Below are positions 58,478 to 64,000 of a DNA stretch of 64,000 nt, one piece after another; positions within the stretch are counted from its first letter, which is position 1; the number at the start of each line of letters is the position of its first letter. This DNA comes from Synechococcus sp. (GTDB lineage: Bacteria; Cyanobacteriota; Cyanobacteriia; PCC-6307; Cyanobiaceae), in contig JBJBDC010000001.1 in NCBI GenBank assembly GCA_047285535.1, forward strand, positions 1,312,136 to 1,376,135, written 5' to 3'. Both the position numbers and the translations under genes were made by a program. A model generated the notes under the pieces. It ran no database searches and was not told where the DNA came from. It saw only the letters and a program-made list of their open reading frames with translations.

Positions 58478-59675
58478 ACTACCACCGGGATGCACGAAAC
58501 TCGCCGGCCCATCGTCGGACTTTTGGAAGGGTTCCATACGACGCTTTTGGTCTGATACGAATCAGGCCCCCAATCTTTTATTGATACTCTCCTCCACTCT
58601 GACCGCCGAAGTTAATGGCATCTCAGCAGCTGGTGCTAACGCATTTTCGCGGCGATACACGGCGATTGCCGACGCTGAGTTGCTTCTCTATGGACCCTCC
58701 CATCAACCCTTGTGGCCATTGCCTCCGCTCCCAGCTGGTGTCTCGCCAGCTTTGATCAGTTGGGTTGCAGCTGAAGCAATCAAAATTCGCCCATGGGTGG
58801 GTTCTCTCGGGCTCACCAAGATGCCTCCCTTCCCGCATCTGCGCTTCGAAGATCCGCAACTCGGTCCAGCCGCTTGCCTCAGCACAGGTCAGGCGATGAC
58901 TTCTGTGCGGGTCCAACAGCTCTTCAAAAAAGGCAAACGGGTTGGTGAGCGTTTGCATCACCCCCTTGTTCTTGCTGAATGCGTACCTGGTGGAACAACG
59001 ACCGCGTTAGCCATTCTTCGAGGACTCGGACTAGCCGCGAATCACTTGATCAGCGGCAGTGCCATCAATCCCCCGATGGCCTTAAAACGAGAACTCGTTA
59101 GTAAGGGACTGCAATCGGCAGAGTTAAGAGCAAATCCTTCGGCTCAAGAACTGTTGGCCGCCGTAGGGGATCCCTTTCAAGCCTTTGCGACAGGGTTATT
59201 GATTGGATCACTAGCCAGCGGTCAGCCCCTCCTCTTAGCAGGAGGCAGTCAGATGGCAGCGGTTCTGGCACTCAGCCTCACCATGGTCTCGAAAAGAGAA
59301 CGGCAATCGCTTTCAAATCAAGTGCTGATTGGAACAACGTCCTGGTTAGCAGGAGAAGTCCTGATGCCTAATGGGATGCGTCAATCGCAACAGTCCTCCA
59401 AACAGTCATCCCTCGCTGAGCTGCTTTCGTTGCTTGAAAATCATTTCGATGTTGCCATCTCGGCTCTGGCGACTGGTCTTCAGTTTCGCCACAGTCGACA
59501 TCTCTCGCTCCGTGACTACGAACTAGGTCATGTCAAGGAAGGCGTCGGTGCCGGTGGACTCGCCTTGCTTGCTCAACTCCATGGGGTGTCCTTGGAACAC
59601 TTAAACCAGGCCTGCGACAACGCCATGGACCAACTGCTCAAATCCCAGGCATCGGCTTTGGATCCAGCCAATTAA
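58449..59675 (+). CDS. cobT: Nicotinate-nucleotide phosphoribosyltransferase, CobT-like
   Basis: Motifs GISAAG, ECVPGGTTTA, AGGSQM and KEGVGAGG. Confidence 0.85.
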   Translation: MAWSPSTLFELPPGCTKLAGPSSDFWKGSIRRFWSDTNQAPNLLLILSSTLTAEVNGISAAGANAFSRRYTAIADAELLLYGPSHQPLWPLPPLPAGVSPALISWVAAEAIKIRPWVGSLGLTKMPPFPHLRFEDPQLGPAACLSTGQAMTSVRVQQLFKKGKRVGERLHHPLVLAECVPGGTTTALAILRGLGLAANHLISGSAINPPMALKRELVSKGLQSAELRANPSAQELLAAVGDPFQAFATGLLIGSLASGQPLLLAGGSQMAAVLALSLTMVSKRERQSLSNQVLIGTTSWLAGEVLMPNGMRQSQQSSKQSSLAELLSLLENHFDVAISALATGLQFRHSRHLSLRDYELGHVKEGVGAGGLALLAQLHGVSLEHLNQACDNAMDQLLKSQASALDPAN

Positions 59676-59684
59676 GGTCAGTGG

Positions 59685-60698
59685 ATGATCGGCCCTTCTG
59701 CACAGCGTGTTTCGTTTCGCCGTCGACAGCTACTTCAAAGCGGCTTAATTACCGGAATCTCTTGGCTCACAACAGGTTGTGCGCGAACCAACCATTCGCC
59801 AATTGTGCGGGCTACTTCCAAGACCCTCCCGACTCTCTGGCAACAAAAAATTTCAACTCCCTGGCGCTTCGAAGAGCTGAAAGCCATCAACATTGACCAG
59901 CCCAGATGGCTGAACTCAACTGATCTGCTTGCGCTTGGTGATGGTTGGTTATCAACCCTTAATGCTGCATCCTTTCAAGCCATTGATGCCGCTTCTCTTC
60001 AAGGGCAACTAGGGCCTCTGGCAATCAGATTTTTGTCAGAACTACCTAACCCCTGGAAAGGCAAAATCCTTCCGGTGGGCATGAGCCCTTGGGTGATGCT
60101 GTTTCGGGGAGGGCCATCGTTAAAAAACCAAGCGATGCAAAGCTGGGATGTCCTTCTGGATCCTGCACTAAGGACGAAGGTTGTCTTACCAGCAAGTCCG
60201 CGCCTTGTGATCTCGTTGGCAGCGCAGATGCAAGCTTCTGATGCATTGCGGCGCCTGAGGGCAGCTGCAATCAGTTTTGATGATCGACATGCCCTCAATT
60301 GGTTGCTACAAGGCGATGCAGAAGTGGCTGTTCTGCCTGTTGAGCGATGCATGGCAGCTCTACTTCGAGATCCAAGGCTGACCGCTGTGCTACCTCCCCA
60401 GGGAGCGCCTCTGCATTGGACAGTCATGCTTCGTCCCAGTCCCACAAAAGAGCCCCTTCCTCAGGCCTGGGTGAATCAATCCTGGGAGGAGCCCCTCCTC
60501 AGTCGTTTGCTCTCTGCAGGATGGGTGCCTCCTATTGACAGGACTCGCCTGAGCACCGCCTTGTCTCGGGTGCCTAACCGCCTTAGGGATCTCGTTCTTC
60601 CCCCAGAAGAGCTCTGGCAACGTTGCTGGAGCCTGGCGCCTCTGGATCCATCGATGCAAGAAACACTGAAAAAAAGATGGGAAGCCTCAGCCCCATAG
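59685..60698 (+). CDS. Putative ABC substrate-binding lipoprotein (Tat-like signal)
   Basis: RRRQLL...TGC signal and SWDVLLDPAL motif (PotD-like). Confidence 0.65.
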   Translation: MIGPSAQRVSFRRRQLLQSGLITGISWLTTGCARTNHSPIVRATSKTLPTLWQQKISTPWRFEELKAINIDQPRWLNSTDLLALGDGWLSTLNAASFQAIDAASLQGQLGPLAIRFLSELPNPWKGKILPVGMSPWVMLFRGGPSLKNQAMQSWDVLLDPALRTKVVLPASPRLVISLAAQMQASDALRRLRAAAISFDDRHALNWLLQGDAEVAVLPVERCMAALLRDPRLTAVLPPQGAPLHWTVMLRPSPTKEPLPQAWVNQSWEEPLLSRLLSAGWVPPIDRTRLSTALSRVPNRLRDLVLPPEELWQRCWSLAPLDPSMQETLKKRWEASAP

Positions 60699-61844
60699 GC
60701 GTCGTCTTGGCGCCGCGGCCAACAACTGATGGGTCTCCTCCAACAGTTCTGGGATCTCCAATTGGTGAGGACATCGAGGAAGACAATCACCACAGTGCTG
60801 GCAAGCATCAGCGTTGACCTCTTCCCACCAGTGGCCTGCCCGCCCAATGAGGTTGTAACGCTCTTCTGTGAACTCCTTGAGGTCATGAGCGAGTCTCAGG
60901 TTGCGGAGTCGCAACAACTCAGGAATGGGAACTTCCATCGGACAAGGAAGACAGGCTCTGCACTGGTTGCAAAGGGTTTCACCGAGCCGATGTTGGCGCA
61001 AATTTTCCAGACGCTTCAATGCGGTCTGTTCTGCATGAGTCAGAGCCCCATCACTCATGGCCATTGCAGCAGCAAGCGTGAGGTCTGATGGATGACTGGC
61101 GCCGACCGTGAGCGTGCTAATTCCAGCTGCCAGTAGATACCGATAGGCGAGAGCTAACGGTTCCCATGGCTGACAATCAGCCTTCAACAACTGGCTTGGT
61201 GCTTGCAAGCGTCCACCTTTATCAGCAGGGGAGATCGCCATAACTCCCATTTGGGCCCTGAGCGCACTTAACGCCAAAGGGAGTCGTCCTGGATCTAGTA
61301 AATGGAGATGCAGGCTGCAAAAGCCAAAACGACCACTTGAGATCGCACGAGCAATCAATTGATTGGAACCATGACTGCTGAATCCCACCTGCCCCACAAG
61401 CCCCAGACTCAGCGCCCAGTCCAAAAGCCTTGCCCCATCACCTTCTAAGGCCCAATGCAGATGGTCATCACGATTGAGTCCATGAATGGCTAACCCATTC
61501 AGGAAGGGACGTCCAATCCGTTCAAGGCACGCATACAAAGCGTGTTGCCCCTGTTCAAAAGACACACCTGGAAGAAGCTTGCTGGTAATCAACCAGCCAC
61601 CTTCAGGGACCACACCTTCCTGAGTCAGCTGCTTGAGGGCCTGGCCTAGAAACATTTCTGCGGGCCCATAGGCAGGTGCCGTCTCCAAGTGATTAATCCC
61701 AGCGGCATGGGCTGCCCGCACGACAGAAACCATTTGCTCGAGATCTGTTAGAGCACGCATGGTTCCGAGGGTGAACAAGCTCACCGAAGGCCCGTGACCA
61801 AAGACGCGGCGAACCGCAGGAGTAGTCAAAGGCTTTGTTTTCAT
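60687..61844 (-). CDS. Aldo/keto reductase with a C-terminal 4Fe-4S dicluster
   Basis: Motifs LGTMR, ETA..YG and GFSSH; two CxxCxxC..CP motifs. Confidence 0.9.
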   Translation of the reverse strand: MKTKPLTTPAVRRVFGHGPSVSLFTLGTMRALTDLEQMVSVVRAAHAAGINHLETAPAYGPAEMFLGQALKQLTQEGVVPEGGWLITSKLLPGVSFEQGQHALYACLERIGRPFLNGLAIHGLNRDDHLHWALEGDGARLLDWALSLGLVGQVGFSSHGSNQLIARAISSGRFGFCSLHLHLLDPGRLPLALSALRAQMGVMAISPADKGGRLQAPSQLLKADCQPWEPLALAYRYLLAAGISTLTVGASHPSDLTLAAAMAMSDGALTHAEQTALKRLENLRQHRLGETLCNQCRACLPCPMEVPIPELLRLRNLRLAHDLKEFTEERYNLIGRAGHWWEEVNADACQHCGDCLPRCPHQLEIPELLEETHQLLAAAPRRRLWG

Positions 61845-62437
61845 CCCAAAAGGTTGTCGTCGTCATTTCCGACATCTTCAGAATGTCTTGACTGAAGGTG
61901 CCGCACCATGGATGCAGGACTCAGCTGATCTAAGAACCGACGAAACTCGTCTCGATCCTCTGCATCCGCTTCGGCATCAACAGCAATCGAGGCTTCCGCG
62001 ACGACTTCCTCCAACATCCAGATGCTGCTGCCAGTTCGGATTGCCAGTGCAATCGCATCACTAGGCCTCGCATCAACATTGATCAGCTCGTCTCTGGACT
62101 CCTCCCCATCGATCTGGACCTTCTCTGCATTGCCCTCTATTTGAAGATCTGGGGCTTCATGGCTGAGTTTCAGCACAGCACGAAAAGTACTGTCTTCGAT
62201 GGCGTGAATGATCACGCGTTCAAGACGAAGTTCACCTGCAGATAACAAGGCCACCATCAAGTCATGGCTTAAAGGACGAGGAGATGGCTCTCCATTCAGC
62301 CCAGCCATGATGTTGTGTGCCTGAGCCTGATCGATCCAGATCGGCACCTGACGTCTCCTAGAGGGATCTCGAAGCAAAACAATTGGACTTCGAGTGGCAG
62401 CATCCAGAGCGATACCAATAACACTCATTTCCACCAT
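61841..62437 (-). CDS. Bifunctional nuclease family protein (DUF151)
   Basis: Motifs PIWI, RPLSHDL and DARPSDAIALA. Confidence 0.9.
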   Translation of the reverse strand: MVEMSVIGIALDAATRSPIVLLRDPSRRRQVPIWIDQAQAHNIMAGLNGEPSPRPLSHDLMVALLSAGELRLERVIIHAIEDSTFRAVLKLSHEAPDLQIEGNAEKVQIDGEESRDELINVDARPSDAIALAIRTGSSIWMLEEVVAEASIAVDAEADAEDRDEFRRFLDQLSPASMVRHLQSRHSEDVGNDDDNLLG

Positions 62438-62495
62438 CGCCTGCTCTCTCCCCCTTCTTCGATTATGACCAGTGAACTCGCTTTGGATGCAAGGC

Positions 62496-63158
62496 ATGTT
62501 CACAGGACTGGTGCGAGCCGTTGGTCGTATTGAAAGAAGAAGCAGTGGATTGATGATCAGCGGATGCTCACCTTTTGCTCCTCTTGAGCTTGGAGACAGC
62601 GTTGCAGTTGATGGCGTCTGCCTGACTGTGGCAGCGCTTGTCGGTGATGGATTTCTCGCCAATGTCAGCGAGGAAACGCTGCAACGCAGCACGCTCGGAC
62701 GGAAAGCATCAATAGGTGGTTCTGTCAACCTAGAGCCTGCCCTCCGCTTGTCCGATCGGCTTGGAGGACATCTCGTCAGTGGTCACGTCGACAGCATCGG
62801 CGAGGTGGTGGCTATTGAATCCCTCAGCCAGTCCTGGCATTTGGAGCTGCGCTGGCGGGATGCCACTTATGGCCGCTACATCTGCGAGAAAGCAAGTGTT
62901 GCGGTGAATGGCATTAGCCTCACGGTGGCAGGCTGTGCAGAGGCTGGGAGCCGATTTTGGATCGCCGTCATTCCCCACACTTGGATGGCCACAGCCTTAC
63001 GCGATCTGAGCAAAGGTGATGAGGTGAATTTGGAAATCGATCTTCTCGCCCGCTACACAGAGCAATTATTGGTCGGCACGACAAAAAGGCCACCACCACC
63101 ATCGGAGATGCCCAAACCTCTCAGCTCCGAATGGCTCTCGGCGCAGGGTTGGAGCTGA
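62496..63158 (+). CDS. ribE: Riboflavin synthase alpha chain
   Basis: Motifs MFTG, SVAVDGVCLTV, GGH.VSGHVD and VNLE.D. Confidence 0.95.
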   Translation: MFTGLVRAVGRIERRSSGLMISGCSPFAPLELGDSVAVDGVCLTVAALVGDGFLANVSEETLQRSTLGRKASIGGSVNLEPALRLSDRLGGHLVSGHVDSIGEVVAIESLSQSWHLELRWRDATYGRYICEKASVAVNGISLTVAGCAEAGSRFWIAVIPHTWMATALRDLSKGDEVNLEIDLLARYTEQLLVGTTKRPPPPSEMPKPLSSEWLSAQGWS

Positions 63159-63231
63159 GGGAACATCACAGAAACTGGTCAGTTCATCATGAACTCAATA
63201 CGTTTCAGGAGTTGTTCCTTGAAAAGGTTTC

Positions 63232-63822
63232 ATGACTGCTGAAGATCGATCCGATTCCCTCGGAACGTTTAAAGCCTTCGCCATCGCTGAAGGAATTCTG
63301 TTGATTGTTCTAGGTCTTTTAGCCCTGGTCTTTCCCGTGATTGCCTCGGTTTGGGTCACGGGAGTCATTGCCGTTTTGTTTTTGATTGGCGGAGTAGTGG
63401 GTTGGATTAGCAACTTGGCTCGTTCGCGCCGCATGGGGCGTTGGATCTGTTTTTGGCGTCTCGTCGTGTCGACATTGTTCATCGTGGCGGGTGCTTCGAT
63501 GATGAGTAATTTCAACAGTGCGGCAGGGCTCAAGGAGCAAGTCATGGCTCTATCCCTAGCGATCGGGATTGTTTTTCTGGTGGAGGGTGTGGTGGCCTTC
63601 TTCAATGGCTTGGCCAACAGCAAACGCCCAGGAGCGGGATGGGCCGTTGCCAATGGACTGATCACCTTCATCCTTGGTCTCCTGATCGTGACACTCAAGG
63701 CAGGGGGACTTTTTTGGGTTCTCGGTGTACTGGTTGGAATCAGCTTCCTGTTCAGCGGAATCGATCTAATCGCTTTGAGCTCAACAATCCATGATGACCA
63801 GGAGCCACCAGCTGCGGCGTAA
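63232..63822 (+). CDS. HdeD/DUF308 membrane protein
   Basis: Six transmembrane segments with a repeated G..LI.LG pattern. Confidence 0.8.
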   Translation: MTAEDRSDSLGTFKAFAIAEGILLIVLGLLALVFPVIASVWVTGVIAVLFLIGGVVGWISNLARSRRMGRWICFWRLVVSTLFIVAGASMMSNFNSAAGLKEQVMALSLAIGIVFLVEGVVAFFNGLANSKRPGAGWAVANGLITFILGLLIVTLKAGGLFWVLGVLVGISFLFSGIDLIALSSTIHDDQEPPAAA

Positions 63823-64000
63823 AGACATCACATTCAAAGTTCAAACGACCCACAGCCAGAGCCAGCCTAATGGCCAGGTTCTGGCTTTTATGTTGATGAT
63901 GCTGTTGATCGAGACTGGGAAGTCTTCAGTTCCGTTCGCTTTTGTCCATGGGCAGAAGCCAGATTGATCGTGAGTCTTGACGCAGTTCAATACGAAACTC

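Noticed and set aside
1..64000. CRISPR array, reverse transcriptase systems, IS transposases, known anti-phage operons
   Set aside because: No repeat-spacer periodicity, and no cas, RT, transposase or recognisable defence motifs were seen by eye.
28291..64000. Many short overlapping or antisense ORFs in the core region
   Set aside because: They are shadows of well-supported housekeeping genes and show no independent motifs.

Overview
Window from a marine picocyanobacterium, most likely Synechococcus (inferred from gene content and order). It has two parts. (1) Positions 1 to ~28150 are a mosaic genomic island anchored at a tRNA-Arg(UCU) gene (28155-28228, minus strand). Its youngest layer is an ~11.3 kb element bounded by a 45-bp duplication of the tRNA 3' part (16861-16905 and 28155-28199). 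This element carries a tyrosine integrase, an excisionase-like protein, a TOPRIM/AAA primase-helicase, an iteron-like origin, a small-terminase-like gene broken by a 5-bp duplication, and cargo (S8 protease autotransporter, DUF4114 protein with one in-frame stop, cupin). It resembles a phage satellite (PICI/tycheposon-like) that has become a cargo carrier. Older layers further left include a second decayed integrase with its own arm-type repeats, a tRNA-Met-like fragment truncating a resolvase, and a 1727-aa autotransporter with a GH64-like glucanase passenger, inside a segment flanked by 39-bp direct repeats. They also include a chimeric Som-type porin, a candidate structured ncRNA and several pseudogenes. 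(2) Positions ~28290-64000 are ordinary core genome (rsmI, cysQ, pnp, rpsN, rseP, serS, yidC, rnpA, rpmH, aroH, sppA, vipp1, birA, ndhB, topA, cobT, riboflavin synthase and others). All family assignments come from motif recognition by eye; no searches were run.
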